Assembly: GCF_008831285.2 (NCBI RefSeq) | Contig: NC_045138.2 | Location: 11,284,001-11,348,000, forward strand | Direction of reading: 5' to 3' | Source of the DNA: Nymphaea colorata | Taxonomy: Eukaryota | Length of the DNA stretch: 64,000 nucleotides | Shown here: positions 24,104 to 38,062 of the stretch, in pieces | Layout: each line of letters starts with the position of its first letter | Numbering within the stretch: position 1 is the first letter of the stretch | Notes under the pieces: generated by a model | The model's database searches: none | Told to the model about the DNA's origin: nothing | Seen by the model: only the letters and a program-made list of their open reading frames with translations | Program-made: the position numbers and the translations under genes

Positions 24104-27100
24104 CATTATGCTAATATAGATTGCAGGAAGAAGCATATACGATTGTTGACTGATGAGATGCAACCGGTGGAATTTCATGCTCGTAAAGCTAGTCGAACTG
24201 ACAAGATAATGGTCTCTGCATTGAAGGCTAAACGTTTGATAGAAAATGGAAGTGTTGCTTTCTTGGTCAACATGTTGACCCATGAGGCTGAACCGGTGAG
24301 GTTGCAGGAGGTTGCCGTTGTGAGGGAGTATTCCGATGTGTTTCCTGAGGAACTGTCAAATTTGCCTCCAACGCGAGAAGTGGAATTCAAACATACCGTA
24401 TGGCACCGGCATAGTTAGAAGAATTGAAGAAGCAATTGCAGAGCTCTTAGACAATGGCTTCATTCGACCTAGTGTGTCACCGTGGGGAGCACCAGTGTTG
24501 TTTGTTAAGAAGAAAGATGGGACAATGCGCTTGTGTATAGATTATCACATGTTGAATCAAGTCAACATCAAGAATAAGTATCTGCTTCCAAGAATCGAAG
24601 ACTTGTTTGATCAGCTTAAGAATGCAAAGGTTTTCTCCAAGATCGATCTGAGGACAGGGTACCATCAACTCTTGATACATGAGGAAGATGTTTCTAAGAC
24701 TGCTTTTCGAACTAGATATGAGCACTATGAATTCAGGGTCATGCCTTTTGGGTTGACCAATGCTCCTGCAGCATTCATGGACATGAATCGGGTTTTACAA
24801 GAGTTTTTGGATCAATTTGTTATTGTTTTTGTTGATGATATTTTGGTGTACTCAGAGAGTGTGACAGAGCATAGAGATCACTTGAGAAGTGTATTGGGTC
24901 TTTTGCGCAAGCATAAGTTATATGCCAAGTATTCAAAATGTGAATTTTGGCTAGAGAAGGTAAACTTTCTGGGTCATGTAATATCAAAGGATGGTGTATC
25001 CGTCGATCCGGCTAAGTTGTCAACTGTACAGGACTGGAAGATGCCATGCAATGTAACTGAGGTTAAAAGCTTTTTGGGATTGGCAGGATACTATCGTAGA
25101 TTCATACAAGACTTTTCAAAAATAGCTACACCCATGACGAAGCTATTGAGAAAATGAGTGAAGTTTGTTTGGAATGAAGAGTGTGAGAAGAGCTTTCAAA
25201 CTCTAAAGGACAAGCTTACTACTGCCCCTATTCTGACGCTGCCATCAGGTCATTCTGGTTTTGTAGTGTACACAGATGCATCGGGAATTGGTTTTGGGTG
25301 TGTATTGATGCAACATGGCCGTGTAGTGGCTTATGCATCAAGGCAGTTGAAGACACATGAGCAACACTATCCCACTCATGATTTGGAGTTGAGAGCAGTT
25401 GTGTTCGCATTGAAGATGTGAAGACACTATCTCTATGGGGCAACATTTGAGGTGTTTACAGATCACAAGTCTTTGAAGTATATATTCTCCCAAAAGGATC
25501 TAAATTTGAAGCAAAGAAGATGGATTGAATACATAAAGGATTATGATTTCACTATATCATATCACTCAGGCAAGGCGAATGTGGTGGCAGATGTGTTGAG
25601 TAGGCATGCCAAGGCAACAATGTGCAATATGTTGACTCGTTCTTGGACATTGTGGCAAGATGTGATAGCTTGGCAGCCTCACCTTTGTGACGAAAGGCAA
25701 CGATGACGGCCTTGATACGACATCCCTTGATGGAAGAGCTTGTGATGAAGCAAAGGGAAGATCCAGAATTTGGTAAGAACATGAAAGAAAGCAAGAAGAC
25801 TGATTCTTCATGGTGTCAAGATGAAGATGGTTCATTGCGGTTTCAACAAAGATTGTGGGTTCCCAGAGATGAAGGGGTGAAGCGACAGTTGCTTGATGAA
25901 GCTCACAAATCTAAGTTTTCTATACACCCTGGCAGTACAAAGATGTTTCAGGATATGAAGAAAAATTTTTGGTGGCCTGAAATGAAGCGTAAAATTGCAG
26001 AGTATGTAGCAAAGTGTTTAGTTTGCCAACGAGTCAAAGCAGAGCATCAACATCCAGGAGGCTTGTTGCAAAGAATAGTTTTCCCAGCGTGGAAATGGGA
26101 AGACATTACGATGGATTTTGTGGTTGGTTTGCCACGCACTAGAAGACAACATGATGCCATATGGGTAATTGTTGATCGACTGACGAAGTCCGCTCATTTT
26201 CTGCCTATAAGAATCAGTCAGTCTTTGGAAAGTCTCGCAGAGTTATATATTGGCGAGATAGTGAGATTGCATGGTGTGCCAAGGTCTATCATTTCGGATC
26301 GAGATCCACGTTTCACCTCTAGGTTTTGGGGGCAATTGCAGAAGGCTTTGGGTACCAAGCTTAAATTGAGCACAACGTTCCACCCCCAAACTGATGAGCA
26401 GTCTGAGAGGACCATTTAGACCTTAGAGGACATGCTGCGTGCATGTGTCTTAGATTGGAAGGGAGAGTGAGATAAACATGTGAAATTGGCAGAATTTGCA
26501 TATAATAACAGTTACCACTATTGGGATGGTACCTTTTGAGGCTTTGTATGGAAGGCCGTGCAGATCGCCAGCTTGTTGGACTGAATTGGGTGATGGTAAG
26601 ATCGAAAACCCTTTAGTATTGCAACACTACACCGACCAAGTGCAATTGATAAGGAAAAAGTTGTTGACTGCTCAGAGTAGACAGAAAAGCTATGCCGACA
26701 TTCGACGTAGAGAGTTGGCTTTTGAAGTTGGTGCTCATGTATTCCTAAAGATTTCCCCTACTAAAGGTGTTTTTCGTTTTGGTGTGAAGGGAAAGTTGAG
26801 CCCGAGGTTCGTAGGACCATTTGAGATATTAGATAAGATTGGAGAGGTGGCCTATAGATTGGCACTACCACCTGACTTGAGTCATATTCACGACGTTTTC
26901 CATGTTTCCATGCTTCGAAAATATGTACCAGATCCGACACGTGATTGATTTTCAAGATATTCAGGTACAAGATGATTTGACAATGGAAGAAAGACCCATT
27001 AGAATTGTGGATCAAAGAGAGCAAGTGCTTCGCACTAAGAGAATTCCTTTAGTGAAAGTGGAATGACAGGACCATGGATTGGAGGACATACATGGGAACC

Positions 27101-30100
27101 TAAGGAGGACATGCGAAAGAAGTATCCACACTTGTTCTTACATTGAGATATGACTTAAATTTCAAGGACGAAATTTTCTTTAAGGAGGGTAGGATGTAAC
27201 ACTCGGTTTATTACAGGACGGGTCAGGTCAGGGTTCAGACCCGGACCCGAGCCCCACACGTGCATAAGGAGCCTGACTCCGCCTCTCCTCCCTCGTTTCC
27301 CCTCTTCGTCTCTCCCTTACCCACTACTGGAACTCAGCAAAGAAGAAGAAGGCGGCAGTGTCGGCGACGATGGCAGCGGCAGCGGCGGTAGCACGCGGAT
27401 AAGCTCCCTCTTTCGCCCTCTCTGCCTGCCTTTCCCTTTCTCTCTTGCGCGTCCTTCCCTCTCTGCAGCGCTCTCTCCTTCCTTACGCCGTCCCTCTCCT
27501 CCTTGCTCGAGCCCTCCTCCCTTCTTCTCTCGCCTCCTTCTTCCTTTTCCCTGCTCGATTTTTTTCCTCCCCTCTGCCTGTTTCTCCCATTTGCCCAAAC
27601 CCTCTTCCTGTCGGTTTTTCACTATCGGCAGCCCTCAGTCGTGCCCTCTCTCCTTCCCGCCGATTCTCCCTCACTCGGAGTGTCCCTCATCTTCTACGGG
27701 ACCAATTATTCACTGCGGAAGGTCCTCTTTTAACTTCCTTAGGTCTGTTTTGACTCTCTTGTGGTCTTTGGGTTTGGAATTGCAACTTGGGGACGTTTTT
27801 CCCCTCATACCAGTGAAGTGAGGGCATTGGTGGTGAAGGCAGCCAGCAATTTTTGGCGGTGGCACTTGACTGAAAACTTGAGGAGGCTGTTGGAGGTGTC
27901 ACAACAGTTTGAACACTTAGATTGGGGTGAGCAAGGCCTTTTTGAGCTGAGATTATTGAATATTATCTATTAGAGCATGTGTAATTATTGTTTGAACATG
28001 TTAGAGTTTAGAATTGATGATTTGGGACGCATGTTAACGATTTTGTTTTTGGTGAAGTTTAGGATTATGATGGAGAAGTGTTGATTCATGCCTATAATGA
28101 TCATTTAAGCATGATGAGTTGATTTTCGAAGCAATAGGGAAGCACGGTAGAGATTGTGTCGTTGTGAGGAAGATTTAAAACCATCTTTGGGAGCACATGG
28201 CACACGTTTTTGTGAATGGGTGCACCTTGGAGTTAAATAGGGAAAGCATACGTAAGTTGGGTGTGACTATGGGGTTGACGCCTAGACTACAGAAAGCAAA
28301 TGAGAAATGTGTTGTGAGGGACTGGGCAAAGCATTGAGTTTTGACATCTGTTGGCACGGCAAGAAGTTGAGAAGTGACCTATTAGAGAGTTTGTAGGTCG
28401 ACACTACCCGTCGACACCCACTTGAGGCGATCACACGTGCCTCAATGATGTTGTTTTGTATTTGTTTGAATTGTTTGGGTATCTAGTAGGAATCTTATAT
28501 TTTTTTTATGTTTGCAGGAACACCGGGCACGTCCCATCAACCTTGATCTACCGGATTCGAAGCTTGAGGCATTTTGAAGAGTTTGTGAGCGCGCCACAGG
28601 TATGGCAGCATTCCAGGCAAATCCGTGCCTGGGGCAAATGTATGAATGTGTGTTCCTAGAGTCATGGGATCCTAGGATTGTGATGCAATTGATTGACTGT
28701 TTAGTGAATGAATGTGTGTATGCATGTAAATGTTTTGATATATGATATGAATTGTTTTGGAAAGACTATGAGAAGTTTGTTTTGAAAATGTTACGCATTT
28801 GCATGTGCATTTTAGAATTGATAACTGTTTAGGACAGATGAGGTGGGGTATCGAGTCGAATGTCTCCTCGACCCCAATTGTGCATTAGAAAACATCCTAG
28901 AATGATAATTGCATAGGACAACTACGAGCCAATCACAGATCGAGACTACTCTCTGTGGTTTGGCTAAGTTTTTGAAGATGTGATTGATATGATGAATGAT
29001 GTAAATGTTTTGTTCTGTTGCATACACATTGCTGTGGGCAATGATGCAAATATTGAAATTGGAGGGTAGTCATATCCGTACTGTATGACGACTAGCTATG
29101 GCTGTTATTGTTATGTGGAGACCTCGTGTGGAGGCAATTGGAGGTGTAGGTGCACTCGTGAAGTGCACCAACCTCATGAGCTAGCCAGTTAGTTTGTGAA
29201 TGTGTTAATGTAATGACAAGAATGAATGAATAAGAGATGAGAGGCCAGTGGGATGTGGCTATGTGTTTAGGAGACGTCTCGCTTTTGCCACTGGTCTCGC
29301 CTGTTCGGAGCGCAGGCGGTGCGCCCCAAGGTTCTGTTGTGTGTTGTACTTGGAGTGTTGGGCTCCCACCTTCCCAACCTGAGTGTCCTATGGAAGGCTG
29401 AGTATCTCTCCTTGGACTTCACACATCTATGGACGAGTGCTCTACCGCTGCAGTGGATGAAATGGATCCATATTGTTTTGGGCCACCACGGGGGTTGTCT
29501 CTCGGCTGTAGGCCACCCGCAGTGTGCACGTGCCTGTGTTGCACCCACAGGAGCTGTTAATACACTGAAGTTAATGAAAATGTATTGTATATGGTTGATT
29601 GTACATGATTGAGATGAATGTGATCGTTGTACTTATAAATGCAAGTGAAATGTTTAAGCATGCCTTGCATGTGATTTAAAAGTTAGTTACTGTAGCCATT
29701 GAGTGGCTTCTACGTGTCGTGTCCTGATACGACATGATGATAGATGATCTTGATGTTTGTTCTTTTATTTGAGCCCTACCTAAGAGGGTTTGGTATTGTC
29801 CTGGCTTGTTGCCATACTGCGAAGGCTAAGCCTTCAGTTGTCTTCTTTTTCAGGTTTGGTGGACCAGGGGCAGCAGGTTGAGCAAATGGCTTCACTCACG
29901 TCCTACTGGGGAGGTTTTGGGATGTGTTTTTGGTAGTGCCAACACGTCTTATTTTGGTTTTATTGATGTCTTGTTTTTGTTAGGCATCAATTATATAATT
30001 TGGGGCATTTTTGTCATACATAGATGTGATTTTGTATGAATTGAAACGATTACATAAATGAAAGTTCACCCCATTGTTTTGAATGGCATGGCTCCTTCAC

Positions 30101-30184
30101 TTTTGAATTGTTGAGTAGTTGCACCTCGATGCTTTATGTTTAGAAAAAAAAAATGTTTGAGTGTCAAAAGGTCGGGGTGTGACA
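24104..30184 (+). mobile_element. Tekay/Del chromovirus, 5'-truncated: protease end, RT, RNase H, integrase, chromodomain, PPT, 3' LTR 27195-30184
   Basis: HYANIDC (protease C-term), [47 protein letters not shown] and chromodomain IVDQREQVLRTKRIPLV. PPT TAAGGAGGGTAGGA at 27181-27194. LTR TGTAAC...GTGTGACA. Several stops. Confidence 0.93.
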
Positions 30185-31049
30185 AGGAGGCATCATGGAT
30201 TCAAGTGAGATCTGCTTGGAAATGGAACCTTGTTACCTTTTCTCGTTCAGATGTTTTTTTTCGCATTTTAGAGCATCTACAATTAAATTTCTAATTGTTT
30301 CCTATAATTTCTTGGCCTCCCATTTTATGATCGCACTCCTTTGAATGCATGGGAGGACTTCATTGATTACAGAAGATAGTATGATGTTATCAAGTGTAAT
30401 TATTAGATTGATTGATATTTGTAAAAGCTTGGAAGTTGGAACTGTTGGATCTATGCTTCAAAATTATATTTTTTAATGGGATAATGACAAGGCTTCTTAA
30501 AGATAAACTGAATTTATGGCAACCTTTTTTTGGTGGAGGAAACCATGAGTAGGCGGGCAATAACGTTATAGTACTGAGAGAGAGAGAGAGAGGCTTTGGT
30601 TGGGAAAGGTGATCTTAGAGAAAGGAGATTTAACATCCTTTGTATGTATTTCACCACGAAGATGGACGCCTCCTGGATGGTACTGACTACGATCTCGCAC
30701 CATTTTCATCCTCTCCATAGTTATAATGCTTCTTCCGTTGACCTTCCATCCAGAGCTTTAAATGATTGATGAGGGAGGAGACAAATGTAGGCATGGCCGG
30801 TTAATCCAGCTAATTCCGTCACCCCCTCTTGTCTGTCTCTTTTAAAAACGAGTTTTCTCGCTCCATGCACTCTGAATTCAATCGATCCCCACAAGATTTT
30901 GGGGCAGTTCATTGTGAGGGATGATGTTGGATCAAAGTACAAATTATGCCTTCTAAGAATGTCAATCAAATTGTATCAATAATGAAAATAATCTTGATGG
31001 CATCCACATCTACAGCGTATACAGCAATTAGTAAAACGAAGAAGAAGAA

Positions 31050-33490
31050 ATAGGACTTCCTTCAGTTGTTTTTGTATTGGCATGAATGTCTTCGGCATCT
31101 TCCTTTTCGAGATTTGAGACGGCAATTCCCTGATTTATGTTCTAATTTGGATATGAATATGATATCCTATGATGTATGTCAGTTTGCCAAACATGTTAGG
31201 GCTTCATATCCTATTTCCACCACTCGTACTGATGAAGTTTTTTCCTTGATACATTCTGATGTGTAGGGGCCTTCGAGAATTCATTCATGTCATGGTTTTT
31301 AGTACTTTATAACATTTTTAGATGATTGATCTCATAATACTTTTGTATACTTACTGAAAGACCGTAGTGAAGTGCTTAAGATCATAGAAACTTTCATTAT
31401 TCTTGTAGAAACTCAATATGGTGGATCTATTAAAACATTTGAGTCTGACAATACTCATGACTATGTGTGTCAATCTGTTGATGATTTCTTTCGAAAAATG
31501 GAGATTGTTCATGAGACTACCAGGGGAGTCGTCAACCTTTTCCTCTTCCACCTTGTGTCTTTGGATGTTTATGTTTTATTCATAATCACAATCCTAATGT
31601 TAAAAAACTTGATCCAAGGTCGATTAAGGATGTATTTGTTGGCTATTCTCCCACTCAAAAGGGGTATAAGTGTCTTGATCCATCCACTTGTCATGTCTAT
31701 GTCACCAAGGATATCACTTTCCTAGAACATGTCTCCTATTTTAATGAGAATTCTCTTCAGGGGGAGAAGTCTATGTCAAGGGAAGAGTATTCTTTAAGCC
31801 AAAAAATTCAATTCACAGATCTTCTAGAATACAAAAAGAAAGAGAGTCAAGTTGCAATTACAGATGTTCTTGAGCATGAGAAGGATGAAGATTGTTCTAC
31901 TGGGACTATGGAAGAACGTAATCACTTGTTTGGGTGGGTTTACTCTAGGTGAAGATTTCCTACAGATGAAGTGACTGATTGAAAGAATTATACTCCCAAT
32001 TCAAATGCTACACCTTCCCTGGATGACCCAAGTCATGCTCGGGAGGAGTCAATTGAAAAAGAGTTTCAGACAGAGGTTGCTAATGAAGAGATACCCATTG
32101 CCCTGAGAAAGGGTGTCAGGTCATGTACTCAACACCCTATTGGTAACTTCTTGTCATATTTTAAGTTGAGCAAGGAATACAAATGTTTTATATCATCACT
32201 TTCTTTGACTATTATTCTCAGGACTATCTCTGAGGCTCAGAGTAGTCCCAAGTGGACTCATGCAATGCAAGAAGAGATGGAAGCTTTGAACAGAAATAGG
32301 ACATGGGAGGTGGTAAAGATCCCTGAAGCAGCTCATGTGGTTAGATCCAAGTGAGTTTACACCATTAAGTACAAACCAGATGTGAGTGTTGATAAGTAAA
32401 AAGCTCGCCTTATTGCCAAGGGGCTCAGTTAGAAATATGGAATTGACTATTTGGAGACTTTTGCTCTTGTGGAAAATATAAATATTGTTAGAGTTATTAT
32501 CTCTTTAGCAATAATAAAGGAGTGGAAGATGTACTAACTTGATGTTAAGAATGCTTTCCTCAATGAAAACCTTGAAGAGGAAGTTTATATGTGTAGGCTC
32601 ACAGGATATGAGGAATAAGAAAAATGCTACAAACTGAAAAAAGCTTTATATGGACTCAAGCAATCTCTTCGAGCATGGTTTGTCTTACATTAGTTATGAG
32701 ACAACATAGTCATAATCAAGGAAATTGAAATCATACTCTCTTTGCGAAGAGGAAGGAACATAAAGTTACTCTTTTGTTAGTTTATGTTGATATGATTGTT
32801 ACAGGCGATGATGAAGGTGAAATAACAAAGTTAAAGGAGTTATTGGTTGTTGAGTTTGATCTTAAGGACCTTGGTAAGCTTTGATATTTTCTTGGTATTG
32901 AAATCGCTCGGTCTGGCATGAGCTTTGTGTTGAATCAACGAAAGTATACTTTAGATTTACTAAAGGAGACTGAAAAACTCTGGTGTAGATCTGCTTCTAC
33001 TCCTCTGGATGCTGGACACAATCTTAGTATTAGAGATGGAGAACCTCTTTGTGAATAGGCCAAGGGAAGGTATCAATGTTTGGTTGGAAAGTTGATCTAC
33101 CTTACTCTCACTAGACATGATAGTACATTTGTTTTGAACATGATGAGTCAATTTACGCATGCTCCAATGGATGCACATTTGAAAGCAATTGATAGGATCC
33201 TATGTTATCTGAAGAGGAATCCTGGCAAGGGGCTCCTATATGTTAGGCAAGACCCTTTTCAGATTTAAGGGTATTCTAATGCTGACTGGGCAGACTGCGT
33301 TGATACTGGGAGGTCCACCTCATGCTACTATGTCTACATAGGAGGGAATCTCATAGTATGGAGGAGTAAGAAGCAAGATATTTGCTCTCACTCCAACGCA
33401 GAAACTGAATACAGAGTTGTTGCTATGGGGGTTTTTGAGCTACTATGGTTGAAAGTATTATTAACTGATATTGACATAAAGATTGAAGGG
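31050..33490 (+). mobile_element. Degenerate Ty1/copia pol fragment (GAG-pre-integrase, integrase, RT, RNase H)
   Basis: WHECLRH..CQFAKH..IHSDV, FESDN, WTHAMQEEMEAL, LDVKNAFL (32538), VGKLIYLTLTR and ADWA. No LTRs found. Confidence 0.85.
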
Positions 33491-33499
33491 CCAAATGAA

Positions 33500-33955
33500 C
33501 TGTGGTGGGATTAGAATGGAGCCATCAAGATGTTCATACAGATCTTGAGTCCTTATGAAAGGAGTGATCAACCTTTTCCAAGTAAGGTAGTAAGAGTGGT
33601 TCAGTTTTTCAGAAATAATGTGTGGTAAGAAGTTGGATGGCATACTGCATTGGGAGATAATATCCATTACAATTTATATATCTATCAACGTAGATATATA
33701 ACAAGTACTAATAAGAAATAAAAGAATATTGCCAAGATAGATGAAGGATTAGGAGCAGAATGTTATAACGGGTATAAGAGAAAACCAACAAGGAGAATTC
33801 AAGTTTGTTCAAACATGCTCTTTGGTAGAACCAGCCAAACCTTGCTCTAATACCATGTAAGATTTTGGGTATCAAACTATAATGCATGATTAGTTTCAGC
33901 AAAGGAAAGGTTAAGAGAGAGAACAAGAAAAGAGAAATGAGGAAGGGAGGTGAGG
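33500..33955 (-). mobile_element. Short copia 5' fragment (LTR end, PBS, gag start) related to 15299-20575
   Basis: PBS-like TGGTATTAGAGC at 33844-33855 next to TGTAAGA. gag MPSNFLPHIISEKLNHSYYLTWKR..HLDGS resembles MSSSFLPHLITEKLNHENY at 20051-20120. Confidence 0.75.
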
Positions 33956-33959
33956 CGTG

Positions 33960-35040
33960 ACACTTACTCCATTCTCAATTGATGCACCCTCTTCAACACT
34001 AGCTGTTCCAAGAGGCCGTGGGCAGGCCTTAGCCATCTCAGGAAGTCGAAGACAGGGCTTCTATAGAGGGAGAGGGGGTCATGGTCTAGGAGGTGGATGT
34101 GGTAGATTTCAGTGCACATTCTGTGGAAGACTTGGACATCTAGAAGATAGATGCTGGAATAAACATGGTCGGCCAATGATGCAACTCTGAGTCATCACAG
34201 ATCAAGGGTTCTACTCATATCCCAAAAGCCTCACATTTGAAGATGATACTACAGAACCTGCTGCTGAAAAGGCCACTGTTAGTTTTATTAAATCTGAGTA
34301 TCAACAATTTCTTGCTTAGAAAGGCTCCTCTTTCGCCTTAGCATCTATGGTTGTGGGCGATTCCGCTTTTTCCACCAATATGCAGAACCAAGATCCAGGT
34401 ATGTCATGGATTATTGATTCTGGAGCCTACAAGCACTTCTGTAGTCAACCAAATTTATTCACTATGATTCACCATTTTCCTCAACCTAGACAAGTGAAGC
34501 TTGTATATGGGAGATTCACCCCCATTGTCGGTTGGGGCAATGTGAATATTTCTGATTGTTTAACTGTGAATAATGTGTTGTTTGCTCCTGATTTTCCCGC
34601 TCACCTTCTCTCACTTAAAGGACTGACTCATGATTTGAACTGTAGAGTCATTTTCTTTTTATCCCGGTTCGTGTTGGTTTCAGGACTTGCAGACTAGGAG
34701 AATGATTGGCGGAGGCCATGAACGAGGGTTAGCTAGTAGTAGTGGATGATTTTTCTCGTGTTAGTTAGGTTTTCCTTTTGAAGGAACGGTCTGCAGTATG
34801 GCAACAAGCCAGGACAATACCAAACCCTCTTAGGTAGGACTCACACTGACAATGCTCTGAAATTCAAATCGTGCACCCTTTTACAATTTTACTCAAACCA
34901 TGGAATTGTTCCTCAATTTACCTGTCCACATACCTCGTAACAGAATGGTGTCATAGAGAGAAAGCATCGACATTTATTGAAAGTTGCTCGTACATCATGA
35001 TACAAATCCATGTACCTCTCATATACCCAATTGCTCGATT
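33960..35040 (+). mobile_element. Copia gag-protease-integrase fragments of the family at 1-2919 and 47349-49434
   Basis: GRFQCTFCGRLGHLEDRCWNKHG knuckle, WIIDSGA protease, VDDFSR, and TS*QNGVIERKHRH-like integrase remnant at ~34930-34975. Confidence 0.8.
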
Positions 35041-35476
35041 ATGCCCCTTGGATCTCATCAAAGGGAAACAATCATTGTGGTGTTTCCATAAGAAGGGGCT
35101 GATGTTCCTGAAAGGATGGTGGACAAGATGCATTGACTCACTACAAGAAACATCACCTTTACAAGTGCAAGATTGAGTGATGTTGTTTGTTGATACTTTG
35201 GCAACAAAAAGTTGTCCTCTTTGTAGATGCTTTAGACCATGATAGGATCACCAATGAAAGAAACCATTTGTTGCTATATGGTTTGACATGTGGGTTCAGT
35301 AACAAAAATTTTGTTTCTAAGTGGCATCATTCACCAAAGGAAACAACTTTTGTTGCTGAAGGTGCTATATATACCCCACTATCATGGGGTTTCCCACATT
35401 TCTTGCCATATGGTATGTGAATTTTTTGGAGACCTTTTTCTTTTATCAAAGTTTTCCTTTTCCATCTAATTGATTA

Positions 35477-35762
35477 TAGGAATGTACTTCAAGTCGAGCC
35501 AACTCAGGGTTGACTCGAACTCTTTTGATAATACTTGATTCATTTAATAAACGATTGAACTGGAGCTGAAACTGAAGCTCAAGCTTGTAAACAAGTCAAT
35601 TTCGAGTTGTGGGAACTCGACTCGTTTATACTCGAACACACTTCTTTGTTTACAAAAATTTTAGAGTTACTATTTTGAAAGTTGAAACCCTCATTTCATT
35701 CGAACCACCTCTCCAAGATCCTAGCCTCTCTCTGTCTCTCTCTTCTCTCCCTCTACCTCTAC

Positions 35763-35801
<39 letters not shown>

Positions 35802-36901
35802 CTCTCTCTTTACTCTCGGTCCACCGATGGCCAGTCATTGAGATTTTGGCAAAGGGGCTTTGGCTTTTGACATTTTCCCAAAACCTAATCTTAGGGAGAG
35901 AAGCACAGAAGCCTACCACCCACCTCTTCAATTTGTTCATCACGTTTATGGCTGTTGTTCCTGAGATGGTGCCCATGAATGGGTGTCTTTGGAACCTCTT
36001 TACGCTATTACTTTGCTTTGAGTGGCAGTCTTGACAGGGCTTTTGGTGGATAGATGCGGAAGCCCAAATGGGATGATAGTATGGTGGTAGTTGGTAGGGG
36101 TGGGAGAGTGAGAATAGTTGAATAGGTTGTCGAGTAGTAGACCTTGGCAAGTTTGGATTCTTTGATTCTTCAGTACCATAGTTGTAAATCAAGGGTTTTA
36201 GAGGTAAGTTCATCGGTGGGTATGGATTATAGGTATTTCTCTTGCTTCCATTATGGTTAATTTCTAATGCTTTTCAGTTTCTTCATCCTAAGGATTCTTC
36301 ATGGTTGTTCTTTTCCATAGCTGGGATTTTGTATTTTTGTGGGCTTTCGGAGGTTTTGCTTCTGATTGTTTTTCGGTTTTTTGCCAATTTTCATGCTCTA
36401 GCATAGGCATGTATTATGCTAGTCTCTTCTTGTTTCATTTTGGACACAAAGGTTCAAGCTGTTGAGCCTTCTTAATGTGTATAATTTGAGAACTTGTATT
36501 TTCAGAGATATATTGGACTTTGAATCAAATTTTGTTGTTCTTTGTTGACGACATCATCTGCCTTCTTTATAGCAGATAGATGTTTCCCTTTCGATAGAAG
36601 ATGACCTTTGAACATTTCTGTAGAAACTCACGTCATGTATTGAAAAAATGCAAACTCATTTTCTCACTAGAGAAAAATCTTTGATGTTGTGCTGATTTTG
36701 TGAATAATTTTCTTGAAGCAATTTATTGTGAAGTTACTATTGAAAAACAAAAATGAAAAAAAAAAGAACCTGGTGACATGAGCTTAAATGAGTTGAGCTC
36801 AAGTTTAAAGCACGACTTGAGTTCAAATTGAGCTCCAGCCAAGCAATAAGTGAGCTCGAGCTGGCCGAGCTTGAGCTCAAATCACTGGTTGTACATTCCG
36901 A
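35477..36901. mobile_element. Non-autonomous hAT-like element (1.4 kb)
   Basis: Terminal inverted repeat TAGGAATGTAC ... GTACATTCCGA. GAGCTC/CTCGA subterminal repeats at both ends. 8-bp flanks ATTGATTA / AATGATTT (6/8 match). Confidence 0.6.
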
Positions 36902-38062
36902 AATGATTTTCATCACTAAACCATTAAGGCATTGTCACTGGTGGCTGGTTTGTCCAATTTTTCCAGTGGTATTCATCTTCTCTGCTGCTTTTCTGGTGAA
37001 CATGCAATTGATTTTCATCGACGACTTTCATCATTCCCGTAGACATTTGAGGCATCATCACCAGCCACCCTTTTGTCTTATACTCCAACATTATTTGATT
37101 TTGGGGATGGGCGGCCAACTGGAAACACTTATTTACGCACTCATGTCAGAAGTTTTTCTTTGCTATGTTTCATATTTTGTTGTTTTATGTATCATCACCA
37201 TCTTTTTCGATGGAACAAAAGTGATTTTTTTCTCTCTCTCCTACTAAAGGAAGAGACCTTGAGCAAAAAGGTTATCTTTTAAACACCAGAAGCTCTAGAT
37301 GTCTCTTTTCCATGTTTGGCGGAGGCCATGAACGAGGGTTAGCTAGTAGTAGTGGATGATTTTTCTCGTGGTAGTGGATGATTTTTCTCGTGGCGGAAGC
37401 TCTAGATGTCTCTAGATGTCTCTCTCCTACTAAAGGAAGAGACCTTGAGCAAAAAGGTTATCTTTTAAACACCAGAAGCTCTAGATGTCTCTTTTCCATG
37501 TTTGGCTTGTATTTTTATGGAAGCAATCTCTATATTAGAGAAGATGCACTATCGAGGGTTAGATCATCTACCCTCTAATCTTTCTACTCATATATGTTTA
37601 GATGGATTTGTAGGCAGCTTTTGCTACCCTGTTTTGTTTATTCATTTGTTGTTTTATTGCATAATGATAGTTTTTTCTTGTACACAGTTACTGTATGCTT
37701 TAATTCTTTAGAAATGTTGGCCCTGCAGGCTTTTATATGAATATGGGTGCAGTGAGGGCACATACATGATGAAAAATAGATACATGTGTGTGTTAGGTCC
37801 CTTATATATATATATAGTGTGGGAGGAAAGAGAGGTATATGTGATTGAATTAGGGTCTGAAATGTATATACAATAAATATAAACATCCAAATACAGCAAG
37901 TTTAAATCTTAAATCTTTCTTCCTGCTCAGTTTGGATGTGACTGATTCTACAGGTATTGTTATCGGTAAGAGAGCTTGCTCTTTCTATTGGAAAAGGAGA
38001 AACAATGCCTTCTTCTCTAATTGTGATTTGCTTTTTTTTTTTCCTTTTTCTCCTTTCTTTAG

